DNA of 63,144 bases, filler included, from Choristocarpus tenellus KU-1152 (GCA_964200185.2; 9 parts of 9 records of this genome joined end to end with filler, not necessarily neighbours in it); one strand, 5' to 3'; shown: positions 1 through 12,309, counted from the first letter of the whole stretch. Program-made: numbers and translations. The notes: a model not told the origin generated them from the sequence alone.

Positions 1-290
1 AAGCAAGCGGAATGATTCCTGGATGAGCTGGCTACTCGCATGGCAGGGGGAGAGGAGCGGGAGGATATTGCAGGAAAGGAGTAGTTAAATCCCCGCTACG
101 CCAAATTGTCTCAGTGACTACGCAAGTGGCATTATCTAGACGTGTCATACGCTTTAAAACTAGAGTCACCAGGGAGATGGGCACCGAGGGATTTGTTGGA
201 TTCTTGGGATTCCTCCCCAGTTCCCCCCCCCCAGGGCGCAGGAGTAGGTAGACGGGAAGCACACGAAGCCAGTAGTACAATATTGATAGT
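1..290 (+). mobile_element. 3' end of a CRE/SLACS-like non-LTR retrotransposon (C-terminus of the restriction-like endonuclease plus start of the 3' UTR), degenerate
   Basis: Frameshifted translation KQAE*FLDELATRMAGG..RKGVVKSPLRQIVSVTTQVALSRRVIRFK matches the tail of RLE-type LINE ORFs. The DNA is visibly homologous to 40055-40260 (IVSVTTQVALSR; gatt(c)ttgggat). Confidence 0.7.
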
Positions 291-382
291 GTTTTTCGTC
301 ATTTGATGAGGTCATCTTAGAAGACGGAAGGAAACTTTTAGTCCATAAATTCTCTGGGATTTTTGTAGACACAGAATTCCGA

Positions 383-1805
383 GTGGTGGATCAGCGGGTG
401 GCCCAACAGCTGATGTCGGAAGATAATCACCTTATGAGTCAATCTCCCTTACCGCCAACCCCGCCCGTTTCTCAGTCTGCACATGCACCCCACACAAGGT
501 CTCTCACAACACCACCAGCACCACCGTCTACTCCGTTGGGTGACATCGTCTACTGGAGACCCGCGCATACCTCTGATTAATGACGAGTTAAAGGCTGCAG
601 TGGAGGAGAAGCGCCCACCAAACATGGACCTCATCCGGAACTTGACAGAGACGAGGGACATGACTGATGTAAGGCAATCCCCTCCAATTGCCCCCATTAC
701 TGCTTTGCTGAAAATGTCATCACATCTAGAGAATTTTCCTGAAGATATGCGTCTTCCTTCGACTACAACTGATGTACCAACTCTTCTGACAAGTTTCCGT
801 ATGCATGTCACACTTCAACTTCATGAATCGCAACGTTACCAATCAACCATTGATAGGGCGTGCATGGCCTATTTGCCTTTGATTTTAGATACAAATGCCA
901 GTATGCTATATTTGCAGAGTATGGAAGGCAAAGTTGAATGGCGCTCACCTGCCCAATTATGTGCCATTCAAATGCAGAATAACTCCACCGATCCTGTTCC
1001 CTTTGTGGTCCCTAAAACATGGGACCAATTATGTACGGTTTTTATCAACACATTCAGTCACGCGAATGCGATGGGAGACTGGGGCAGACAGTGGGACAAT
1101 ATTTCCCAAAAACCCGATGAAACCCTTGAAGCATATGCCCTTCGTTTTCGACACCTTCTTGATAGATTTACTACAGCTGTTGAACGTTCATCTACAGATT
1201 CTAGCGACCGCAAATATATTGATCAAATCGCGATTGCCCTATTTAAAGGTGGACTACAATCCCACCTTCAGATAAAACAGTTCAGTGAAGATTTCGCTTC
1301 TACATTGTCTGAAGCTATCACTCGTGCTAAACGTCATGAAGCCAACAACATAACGGGAAAAAGACATGCCCACGCACTTGCCCCTGTTCCGTCGACTTCG
1401 TCGACTGTTCCGACTGCTGTTTCTGCTATTTCCGCCGGTCACTCCGCACAGCCTACGTCCCCTTTGGCTAAAATTGCGGCACTACAAGCAACCAATAAGT
1501 GGCTTGAACGAGAAGTTCGAAATTTATATCGACATTTCATTCGACGTTCAAGCAACAACCACGCTTCTTGGACACCCCCTCCGATGCCCTCTTCACATGG
1601 TCGTCAAAAAGGAGTAAAACGTCGACAGGAAGATCTTGTGTTACATCGCGTTACCTGCGAGAACCCCTTTTGTAAACAGAAATTTAAAAACCACGATTGG
1701 GCGTGTTGTCGATATGCCAGGAGCACCGGTCCGAGTTTCAGAAGAGGAAAAAAAGCAGAGAGAGAGATTGATGAGGCTAAAGCAAAAAAACATAGTAAAA
1801 ATTGA
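383..1805 (+). pseudogene. gag: Ty3/Gypsy retrotransposon gag (frameshift near 540-560)
   Basis: ORF 483-1805 contains the capsid MHR-like motif QKPDETLEAYALRFRHLL, F.GGL..HLQ..TLSEAITRA and a C-terminal Cys/His knuckle CENPFCKQKFKNHDWAC. The Pro-rich ORF 383-580 probably supplies the N-terminus. Confidence 0.8.
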
Positions 1806-2739
1806 TGGGGCCCAGAAGACAATAACCCCTGTAGTTCTTTTAGTCGAGTCTACTACAAGAGTCAACGGGGTTGTAAAACGAGCGAAACATGATTCATCTA
1901 CTGTAGCATTGGCTCCCCAAGCACAGTTTATTCCTCAACATATCCAGAATAAACATGCTTCACGTCAAATTCTTCCTTTAGGTGCATATCAGAACTCTAA
2001 TAATGAAAATGCTTTCTCATGGTATTCCAGTGCATTGTCACATTATGCATCTCTTCCTTTGTGTATAAAATCATCATCCAAACGTATACGTGTTGAGGGA
2101 AAAAATAATTTTGAACCAGCCACATTGACCTTGGACACTGCGAGTGACATTCCATGTATTTCTCACAAATTTCTAAGTTCCCATCCAGAATTCCCATATT
2201 GAACCAATTCCGCCAGGTGACATCAATATATTGCTTCTGCAGATAATAGCAGTGCTTTGACCATCATGGGGTTTATCAGGTTTTTCTCCTCAATAGGTGA
2301 TATTACAATTCTAGTTGAAGCTCTAGTGTTGCCCACTTTAGGACTTGATGATGTTCTTCATGATAACAGTGTTCTTGATGCTTTTGGAGCGACATATGAC
2401 TTGAAAACTCAAAGGCTATCATTCCAAAAGAGTGCAACTATCATACCTGCCATTCATCGTACTACCCCTTCTTTTGATATGTCATCCCCTGTTAAAACAG
2501 CAGCCATACAAGCGAAAGTTCCATCTGTACCTTTTCGCCGGAGGGAAATGTCCATTTCCCCAGAATCAGAAATGCCTATATCTATCTGCTGTGTAAGTGA
2601 TGAAACCCCCTCTGATACTTGTGATGCTGTTTTAGAACCACGTATCTGTTCATTTCATGACATTGATTCATTAAAAATTAACGATCCTTGGCAATTTATT
2701 GCTGTTGCTGCTGGAATAGTTAACAATGTGGGATTCTGA
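1806..2739 (+). pseudogene. Ty3/Gypsy aspartic protease region (start of pol), disrupted; RT and RNase H absent
   Basis: LTLDTASDIPCIS catalytic motif in ORF 1636-2202. After in-frame stops it continues in ORF 2257-2739 (EALVLPTLGLDDVLHDNSVLDAFGATYDL), typical of a retropepsin C-terminal half. Confidence 0.7.
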
Positions 2740-3164
2740 TGACGGGTCAGGCGTAGTACAAATTGCTGATATGTCCTGATCATGAAATAGCAGTAGTAGA
2801 TGTTCATCTGGTTCATTTTCTTTTAATTATTCCGCCATGAAGCTCTGGAAACGGTTTGTGGTTGTCTGGAACGTACTCTGTCGTCTCCTTGATCGAACTG
2901 TATGCCAATCAGACTGATTTGGCATATATATGTGGTGCTCAAAGTACAGGAAATATACACAGAGTTTCCCCCAAAGTACTGTAAGAGTACTTCAAAACGA
3001 TTGCCATCGTCGCCACTGTGAAACAGATGGGAAAAGGCCGACAGATTCTTCTTGATAAAGGGGAGCGGGAAGACCCACAGGAGGCAAGATCAAAGAGAGA
3101 CAAGTCAAAAAGGGAGAGCAATCCCTCAGAAGATTACTCCGGAAAAAAGTGTTGAGGTGGTAAC

Positions 3165-3325
3165 TGAACGAGGGGGGGTTGTAATGTCTCCTAAAACCAC
3201 CCGATCTTACCTCATGCAGATGTTATCTTCAACATGCAAGAACAAATGTCGTACGAATATCATAATGTTCAAGATAGGTTACCTTCAGGGATACCTTCTG
3301 TGGAAGATGGCTCTCACACTTACCA
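3165..3325 (+). mobile_element. Polypurine tract and truncated 3' LTR of the Gypsy element
   Basis: gaacgaggggggg followed by TGTAA at 3180. The preceding tgaggtgg is also found just before the putative LTR of the second Gypsy (minus strand, about 44530-44553). Confidence 0.5.
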
Positions 3326-3329
3326 TGTT

Positions 3330-3452
3330 TTATACTGTTTTTCACATTTATGATATTTTATTTCTTTAGGTCTTATATTGACATATGTATAGTTTTCATT
3401 TGTTTTGCCCCTGACATATCTGGAAAATGTCAGAGGGCATAATAATAATAAT
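3330..3452 (+). mobile_element. 3' terminus of the CRE-like LINE: stem-loop and (TAA)n tail
   Basis: ttttcacattt...gcccctgacat-atctggaaa-atgtcagagggc-ataataataata. Homologous to 40297-40420. Confidence 0.65.
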
Positions 3453-3454
3453 AT

Positions 3455-3695
3455 GGTAACAAATATGCTAAATTCGGCTTTTTGTACAAATAATGCGTGT
3501 AGAGATTATTAAGACGAGCATCCTCCTTCTTAGCTGAATGGTAGTCCATCACCTTCTGACCCAAAATGAACAAGAAGTACCCACGGTTGCGTTTTGAGGA
3601 TGGTAACCAATATGCTAAATTCGACTTTTCTTACGTCTGTTGAAAACTTCAAATAGTACAGAAATCAAAACTCTCAAGTCAATCTTCGGGCTTTA
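3455..3695. repeat. Dispersed repeat fragments (ggtaac.aatatgctaaattcg, two starts at about 3455 and 3602); inverted homolog at 40885-41015
   Basis: Direct comparison: aaattcgacttttc...gttgaaaa...agaaatcaa...ctcaagtcaatctt against the reverse complement of 40885-41015. Confidence 0.6.
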
Positions 3696-6454
3696 TGCAT
3701 AGAAATAAGCCGACGTCCGTGGTTCGAGCTCCGTCGTGAGTGCCACTGTTACAGAGCCTGTTTCTGTTTGAAGGGTGATGAGAACCACTAGAGATGAGGT
3801 TCAGAAGTGAAGTGAGAGATTAGACTAATTCATGCTGGTTGTATGTTGACAACCTGAGAGTGGCAATGCGGAACATCTCCACTGTGATTGGTTGCGACCA
3901 GTCAGAACAGATAACATAATCTCAAAAATTCCTCGTTTGAATGCACTGTTCATGTCGGAGTTACGGCGATCCAGTCGTGCGTCTGACCCATACCACATCA
4001 CCTCAACTAACGTCAATGACAAAAGGTGGCGCACGCTAATGTGTATGACTGCGCGCATTGTCCTCATCAGTGTTGACAAATCCCCAAAAGAGGGTCTGTC
4101 TTCGATAAAAGGGTGAATTTCAAAAGGTGAAAAAAGTGTCTTTAAATTCAAAACGACAAAAAAAAACCCTACGTACCTCTCGCTTATTTTGCCTCTCTAT
4201 TGGGTTCGAAAAATATACCTTCAATAGAAACAATGCATAAACAATATGATGGCTGCTGATGAGACTACAATGTAAATCTGCGATATGCTTTATCTATAAT
4301 CCAATGTCACTAAGTTATTACTACCACACATTGGGTTAGCTAGTCCAGTCTCTGGAATTCCATCAATGCATTCCATCTGTGTCACAGCACCGTTTACCAA
4401 TGTTTGGACCTGTGCATCCAATGAAGGTTCCTGTAGGCAAGTATTGTGGAGAAGACTTGAGGGAAAGAACCAGTGGTATGGCTTGACCATACATGCGAGA
4501 AAAATACAATGGTGCGTATGGGGCAGTGGAATTAGTCGTCATGCAACAGGTAGTTCATAGTTGAGAAGTAGTGCAGTTTGTAGCTCCTCTGACCACGGAT
4601 CCGGGGTAGGTAAGGTAAAGTCCCAGTCCCAGAGTAATGGGAGACGAATAATAACAGGAACATTGAAGTATATTGTACCTATTTGGGGACATTGTGTGTT
4701 TCGGGGTAAGACAGCGACAACCTTCCCCACCATTTCTGTTATTTCTTGACACGTTCAGTCACACATTTTACAAGGAAAATATAACTTAATTACTGGCACC
4801 CACACCTCGTAACATAGGCATAGAAGATGTTGTCTTTTGTGATATGTCAAGGTGGGGGTATTAGATACAAGCATTTTCGCATATGGGCTAGGACTTATCC
4901 GAAAATATCCCTCTTTCCGTCGTCTCCGAAGTCAGTATTCAGCAGACTGGTATAACAATTTGCCTTTGCCCCCAACGGTACAACTAATTACGCATATCCT
5001 GTTAATGTTCCATTATCCATTATGAGGACCAAGCAAGCCTAAGGTTATGCTTTGGAATCACCGTATCACCCACAACTATTTCAATAGTGTTGCTTTCTAA
5101 GTTTTCTTCAGTTTGTATTCTTAGCACTATGTATGGAGGGGTGTTATTCAAAAAACGTATGCCTTCGGAGCCATAGTATCCTGGAGGGGATTCCATTGAA
5201 TGCAATGACTTTGTGACTGCCTTTTTGGTGTATGTTCTCCTAGCACTGGAGTTGAAAATATACCTATAATTGTCAAGTTTCAAATGCGAGTGAATAAATT
5301 TATGTTAGTATAGGGCCAAACCAAAATGAATACACAACAAAGAGTCTTCTGCTTCAATAAATCGTTTCGATCATATGGTAATACACCAGGATCAGACCAT
5401 AACAAATAGGTGGGGTGGCCCTCGCTTCTCGTGGGAGCAGGTTGTATGAAGTGAGGGGGTGAAGTAGGGTGTAATTCTATGATCGGCAATGTGATAAAGC
5501 AACTGTGAGTGCAAATAGTTTTGACCGTAAACCATGTCTTGGACTTTTGTGTTGGGTGAAATGATTTATGGTCATCAAATGCTTTACTGAATGAGTGTTT
5601 GAAATTATGGGGATGAAGGTTGAAGTTGAAGGATCGGTGTTTTGGGTAACACTGTTGAGGATGATTTTTCACTGCCGTGCATGTGTAAGCCACCCCCCCT
5701 GGGGGAACTCCCCTCCCGTCTACGGTCTCACTATTGTTTTACATCCCTTTTTGTGGCACACTGATAGACCGATTAATATTTTTTTACAGAGTAAATATTT
5801 CAGGCACAAGTTAGAGCACTTTAGTGGTTGCTCCCTGAACGAAACACGCCTCGCTTCTTGGCTGACAAGACAAGTGGATTTGTGGACAGAATTCCTTCAC
5901 ACATCAATCCATAGTAGCATGGGTTGCAAAGTGGTACACGACACCATCACACACTCCTATTAGTGCTATTTCAACAAAGCAGACCCAAGGTTCCGTAAAA
6001 ACTGTACAATGACGTCTAGAGTTTGTGTTGCTTGAAATAGATACAGACATCATGTGGTGAATGTGCTCGCTGAAGTGTCCTAACTTATGTCTGACATCCT
6101 TCGCTTTTATGCCACCAACAATAAATCGGTCGATCTATGTGTCCTGGAAAAACAGATGGAAGAAATGGGGAGTAGCTCCCCTATTAGGGGTAGGGTTCCC
6201 CAAGCGATGGTGGCTTCCACATGTATGACAACATTTGTGTGGACAAACGTTCGTCTCCTCTTCTTCTGCAGCTACAGCCCCTCCCTGTTGAAGGTTAGCT
6301 GAATTTGGGTACGAAAATGGGGGTGTCAGCCAGAAATGTTATGGATCATTATACTCAAAAGGGCCTACATAGACCCCCCTCTAGGATGCTATGGCTCTCG
6401 ACCTCTCGACAAGGGAGCAGACACGATGCAGAGCCAGGCTTTAGGCCAGAGTTA

Positions 6455-6630
6455 AGAGCAGATTAACAAGACTTGTTATGTTTACTTTGGATCCAAAATC
6501 AACAAACAAGCTGACAACTCCACCAAGAGCACATCACCAGTGCTAAAACCTTGGACTGTTTCTGAGTGTACAATCAAATGCTCAATGACAGGACCATAGG
6601 TGTACCACTTGAGCTCAATATATTAAAATA
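6455..6630 (+). mobile_element. Highly decayed RTE-like LINE reverse-transcriptase fragment
   Basis: Frameshifted translation ..YVYFGSKINKQAD..YNQMLNDRTIGVPLELNILK resembles the better-preserved copy at 13377-13619. Confidence 0.45.
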
Positions 6631-7499
6631 TTGGGGAGAGGTTTAATTAAGGGGAGAATACATACAACAAGATCAGACTTGTGATAACAAAGGTGAAAGA
6701 AGAGTTGTGAACCCAAAAAATATTTTTTTAAACGGATACAGCACCAGTACCATTTTAAGGCACTGCTTAATTTGGGCTTGTGAGGTAATATCTATGCTAT
6801 TTGGTTTGCCATACTAAGGGAGTAAGAACTCGGTTTGTGTACAGACACCCCAGCAGTCCGATTCCCGTCTATACTCTGCACAATTCTACCATGCCGTGTG
6901 CAGGAAAAGGTCGATGTCTTCTCCCTGTCATCACATCGGGACCACCCCCACATGGGGCATCAACGTAGGTGGGACAACTACCTTAATGGGATTTGTGACA
7001 CTGTGGATTCAGATGGGGACGATGAGGTGAAGAAATTACGCTTTGATTGGTACACCCTCAAGGAGGAGAAGGGCGACTAGTACACAAGAGATGATGAGCC
7101 CAACGTCGAGTCAAGGACTTCATCTCTTCCACCTGGAAACAGCCTTCTTGTCATCGACAAGGTATGACTACCTGACATGAGATCAGATTTTGAGGAAAGT
7201 GCTACCAACAATGTTGATGGCAGTGTGATATGGATAGTGTACATCCCTTTTAGGTGCTATTGTGTTCAAGGTTTTGACCTCTGCCTCACTCAACACTTTG
7301 TTATGAAGAGCTAAGGTCAAGTGCATGATGTAATCTAACAAGGGATCAATCAAATTTCTCTCACTGTGGGGATCGCTTCTTTGGCGGGTCTAGGTCCAAC
7401 TTTCTTTCTCAGGCTGGGGTTCCATTGCATTGTACATTGCCCTCCAGAAACTCTCTGTAGGAAACATCAGATCCTCACTCACCTCTACGTGACCGAACA

Positions 7500-8150
7500 C
7501 CCTCCAGGTCATCTCTGCACATTCCATCATCAACCCACTCATCTCTGAGTGCACCATCATTGTGTGCCCAAGCACCCCACAACATCTCTGTGACATCCAT
7601 CACCACACCACTCATCCTTGCTCGTCCCATCACCAACCCGCTCATCTCTGTGCACCCCAGACAGCACTATACTAACCTTCGCGTGCACCATAATCCACAC
7701 ACTCATTTCTTTGAGCACCATCATCATCATGCACCCAAACACCCCTCAAATAATGTCTGCACCCCATCACCAACCACTCACCTCTGCGCAACCCATAACC
7801 TATCCACCCATGTCTGCACACACCACTACCAATCCACTCCTCTCTATGTGCCTCAACATCCCCCCAACTTCATCTCTTTATGTATCAACCCACCTCTTAT
7901 CTCTGTGCACCCCAACAACCCACAACTCATGTCTGTATACCACATCACCTCTCTAATCATCACCACCACGTTCATCTCTGTGCATACCAACACCACCCCA
8001 CTCATCTTTGCCTGCACCAGACCCCACACACTCATCTCTACGCAACACATCATCACCCCACTCATCTCTGCATGCACCAGAACCCATACATTCATCTCTG
8101 CACACCCCAATACTCCCCAACTAATCTGTGTCCACCCTCATATTCCCCAG
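7500..8150. repeat. Degenerate ~30-bp minisatellite (core CTCATCTCTGTGCACC)
   Basis: The core recurs at about 7538, 7611, 7641 and 7702, and with an exact 30-bp period at 7971, 8001, 8031, 8061, 8091 and 8121. Confidence 0.8.
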
Positions 8151-11100
8151 TCACATACAAGAACCTTTAAATTTGTAGTGGAAACTCAAAGAGCAACCCA
8201 TCCCCATTCTCCACTTCCAAACTTTGCATATCCTAGGAAAATAGAATCTTTTGCAAACAATGCTATATCACATGGGATCTCTATAGAAGAAACAAGTCCT
8301 AATCTCGCATATTCAAATTAAATTTACAGTGATATGCTACCTTATTTGGATTTACAGGGCTGGAAAGGATGTTAGTTGAATAACAGCTACTATTCCCTCG
8401 TTTACCAGACAACTCACCTCTTAATTTTGTGCTGAGACTGACTTAGGTGCAAACATTCCAAAGTCTATTGAACGGTCCCTGTCTATGGAGGACTTAGGTC
8501 TGTCCTGTGTCTGTCTTGCTCTTTCCCATGGACACTTTTGCTGGCATACAGGGCTCACAGTGCCTGCTCCCCTAGAACCCCTTCCCCCTTCACCCCCTCA
8601 CACCCTACCCTAAATTTTGGTTTAAGCCCCTCTCAAAGCTTCTGCACTCCCATCCACCTCTCAAGTTCCTCCTGTTTCCACAACCAGGAAATCCACGCCC
8701 AAACGCCCCCTGCATGTCTCCAAATCCATTAATGTTCCTTCCCCCCACTCCCCTTGAGTCAATCCCTCCTAGAATATTTGCTCGAAAGTCCCCCCTACCG
8801 CCAAAGACTCTCACCCTTCCTCCCTGTCCACTAAAAGCTGTCAAGCTACCCTGACCTCTCTCCCCTGACCTGAAGTCAAACTTCCTCACCGTGCCCTAAT
8901 TTCTTTCTCATACACAAAAATGTAGCTGTTGCCAAACGCACACATCCCTGGTTGTATGAAATATATACCTTCACCATCCAAGGCTTAGCCCTGTCCTCAA
9001 CCTTCCCTTTTTTCTAACTTAGTATTCCCCCCAAACTCGCTGCTCCAGCCCCTTGCATTGGCCTCATGTTTTCCTGAGGGGGAAGGCCCAAATCTGCTAC
9101 AGATCTTAAACAGTCAGGGCCATCACCTATTATATCCTTTTCTACTCAAATCAAGAAGATACTGTGGACCTGAGTTCTTCAGCAGGTGGGTTCTTCAGCA
9201 GGTGGGGTGAAGGGGAACTTCTGGTGACCAGATCCATTATGGCTCCTACTTAATTTGGAAACTCCATCCCCAAAATGCCCCAAGCAGTCCGTACTCTGAA
9301 GCATGTATATATATGTATATCCACATGTGCCACTTGGGCATCTAATGCCTTCAACAAGGTGTCTACCCACCCTACAGATACGGACTTTGCTTCTACCATC
9401 CCAAATCGTCGTACCACTCCAATAGCCTCCGTCCATGTTCTAAAGTAGGACTAATGAACCACTTTCGCCGCATATATTCCATCTTCAGGTGAGTAAAAAC
9501 TGGAAAATTTTCAGCTCACCATATTGATCAGTGAATACGTCATCCGATCATGCACGCACTTCCGCATGTCTCCATATATTAACCCTCAGCTTGTCCTGAG
9601 ATAAAGTGGTACTTACAAAAAACCACCCTTCAACACGAACATATGGAGGAACGCAGGTGTCACCCAGAGAGTCACCATCTGTTTCATCAAGTCCTTGATG
9701 ACAAATTTGCCACTTCCCTTAAATGCACCTCGCCCCTTCTACGTTCCCATCAACACCCCTCCCCCAGGTTCAAAGTTCACCCCCCATCAAACTCATACCT
9801 CCCTCTAACCCCTCATCAGATAGAAGCAGCCCTCCAATACATCCCACCAGACTCAATCCTGCCACTCCAGAGCCGTTGAACAGAAATTGCAAGATCTGGG
9901 TATTGTTGTTTACCCTTCTGGAAAATGCTGCCTGTCTTCTCTCGTCCTTAGAAGCTGAGTCCCACATCCATTGTCAACTCGCGTATTTGTGTTAGTTGCT
10001 GTCAACTCTCGGTAGAAAAAGATGAGGACCTGCTACCACATTCGCCTTTCCCCTTATTTCTCTTTCTATCCCTGTACATGCCACTTCTCCTTTTCCCATG
10101 TCTCGTGAAACGGGAGTCCTTTATAATCTTCCCACCAAACTCGTTTCTCCTCTGTCACCTGTGACGTACACATCCCACCTTGCCGACCTTCGCTACTTCT
10201 TAACTTAGCACCTGCTTCACCCCAACCTTGACCAGATATTGCGCCTGTTCCCCTCCCTAGGCCCCCTTCTCTTCCCAGTGAGTTTGCTTGTGTCCAAGAA
10301 AGTTAATCGAAGTTGATCAAAGAAGGATCTATCCATCGCTCTCGTACCGCCAAACCCATCTTTTGTGTCTGTATATTCAACCTCCTCACATAGACTATCT
10401 CTTTTTCTCCATCTGAACTAGTCCATTCTCCTTACACATCCTACTGTATTATCCCTCAACCAATCACTATCATCACATGGCGAATTCCATCCACAAAGAC
10501 AAACTCAAGTTGTTTGAAATCCTAGTACATTCTTTTTTCAAGAGTTTTGTTTTTTATTGGACCACCAATCAACCCATACTTATGCAAGTCCGAAAAATCC
10601 GTCATATTCTACTCTACATAGCCCTACAGAGTCATAGTGTTTACCTACCTTGTGGAAGGTGATATTGGGTTGTGTATAGAAAGCACAAGTACCCTCTCCT
10701 CTGAACATGATGGATGAAGTTGAAAACGGGCGACATTACGTGCTTTTTCGAGTTATCCATGAAACCTGCATGGCTTCAGGTTTTGTCCCTTCACAGGCGA
10801 TTGATTTCAACACCCTATCTTTGAGTCTAGCGGGAGCGTTGCCTATGCTGGAGTATGCTGTGGATGGGCGACCTGTAAGGGTTGGAGGTTTGGCAATGTT
10901 TGATAATCTCATTGTCTATGCTAGGGTGGTAGATGGTGATGCGGTAGGCAATGGTGGGAAAAGAGAGGGGATAGTGCACCGCATCAACTTCAACCTGGAA
11001 AATTTCTTCGATGGGTTCCAGGTGACAGCTTATCAATGTTTCACGTTCCTTGAAATAAAAGTAATTTGACAACAACCAGCGCATTGAAGTCCCTACTGAT

Positions 11101-11937
11101 TTTGGTCGAAGTATCCCATGATAGAGAAACACCTGTGGAGTTCATCGACGTCGTATCTCACGCGTGTTGTAGGAATTTGACTGATGTTATGTGTTTTAGC
11201 TGATTTAATATGAGGGTGTTTGAGCTCTGTGAAAATGATCAGACCGGCGTAGTTTCCTACTGATTTTCTATGTCATTCACCAAGTAATCCTACTGATTGT
11301 CGCGACCTGGTCTGCCTCTCAAAGTTCACGAATGCGCCCCTATATCCAAGGAACAAATGATTTGGACTGATACATACAATGGGGGCATCGTTTTACCTCA
11401 GTTGACATTGTAAAATGACCCCAGACTTCATTGAGTGACACATACCTTTCATGCTTTCTCTTGCGCTCTTCCCTTAGACCCATCACCAGCCTCCACATCT
11501 GCGCCTGTGCCCTGGTTCAAACTTGCCCTTAGTCTAAGCCCACAAATGCTCGTGATGTAACTCACCAGACCTCTGGGGTTGTGTCCGAGGGGGACGAAGT
11601 AGCTATGCAATCGATGGACACACTCCGAAATCGCCCAGAGTTTGAGGCCCGGCTGCGATCGAGTCTACTCTGGCGGGTTGTCCCACCCGCTCGCCAGTTT
11701 GCCAACCTGGATGGTTTAGGGGACGTCCTCCGTTCCACTGTTCTGGGAATGCTCGAGGCCAGGTCGTTGTTAGCCTTTGCAATGGTACGTAGATAAGGAC
11801 CCCTGTAACTCCAAATCTCGGTGGGTTATCCAGTAGTTAGGGTAAAGTGGAATTTGGGTTCGTTGTACTCCCACTTGCTACTGCTGTGCTGAACTCCCAT
11901 AGAACCGTTAACAAAGGTTTCTTATAGCAACCCTGAT

Positions 11938-12107
11938 GGGTCGAAGTATCTGGGGGGGGTGGCAGCTGTCAATTTGGTGCCAATTTTTTCATGTCTCAAT
12001 TTTTGGGTGATTAGATTCCATTCATTGGATGGATAATGAAAGTACACTTTTCCTGGTTTTGGTCCAAATGGACACTCTAGTGTAGACCCCACCACGCCCC
12101 CCCCCCC
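11938..12107 (+). mobile_element. MITE family A (poly-G/poly-C subterminal), cut by the contig end
   Basis: gggtcgaagtatctgggggggg...tgtagacccc + C-run. Homologs at 12208-12306, 23439-23535, 33651-33671, 41880-41904 and 47017-47036. Confidence 0.75.
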
Positions 12108-12207
12108 NNNNNNNNNNNNNNNNNNNNNNNNNNNNNNNNNNNNNNNNNNNNTTAATTAATTAANNNNNNNNNNNNNNNNNNNNNNNNNNNNNNNNNNNNN
12201 NNNNNNN
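12108..12207. other. Artificial contig linker (44N-TTAATTAATTAA-44N)
   Basis: An identical 100-nt spacer occurs eight times. The 12-mer gives stops in all six frames. Confidence 0.98.
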
Positions 12208-12306
12208 TGTTGCGTACGTCGGATGGATAATGTAAGTGTACTTTCCCTGGTTTTGAACCAAATGAACACCCTGGTGTAGACCTCCCCCCCCCTAGATACT
12301 TTAGGT
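12208..12306 (+). mobile_element. MITE family A, right half
   Basis: ggatggataatg...ggtgtagacctcccccccctagatacttt. It is similar but not identical to 12027-12100, so it is a different copy. Confidence 0.75.
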
Positions 12307-12309
12307 CCC

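Noticed and set aside
7500-8150. CRISPR-like repeat/spacer pattern, and ORF 7560-8321 as a real His-rich protein
   Set aside because: The cores are degenerate, the 'spacers' are short and similar to each other, there are no cas genes and the host is eukaryotic. The ORF is explained by the 30-bp period.
8300-10450. Purine-skewed minus-strand region as a decayed coding element
   Set aside because: I recognised no motif in any frame, so it is left unannotated.
12152-12163. Recurrent TTAATTAATTAA palindrome as a biological motif
   Set aside because: It is always centred in 44N+44N, so it is an assembly linker.
11938-12306. Contigs 1 and 2 truly adjacent through one MITE
   Set aside because: The overlapping segments differ at many positions, so they are separate copies.
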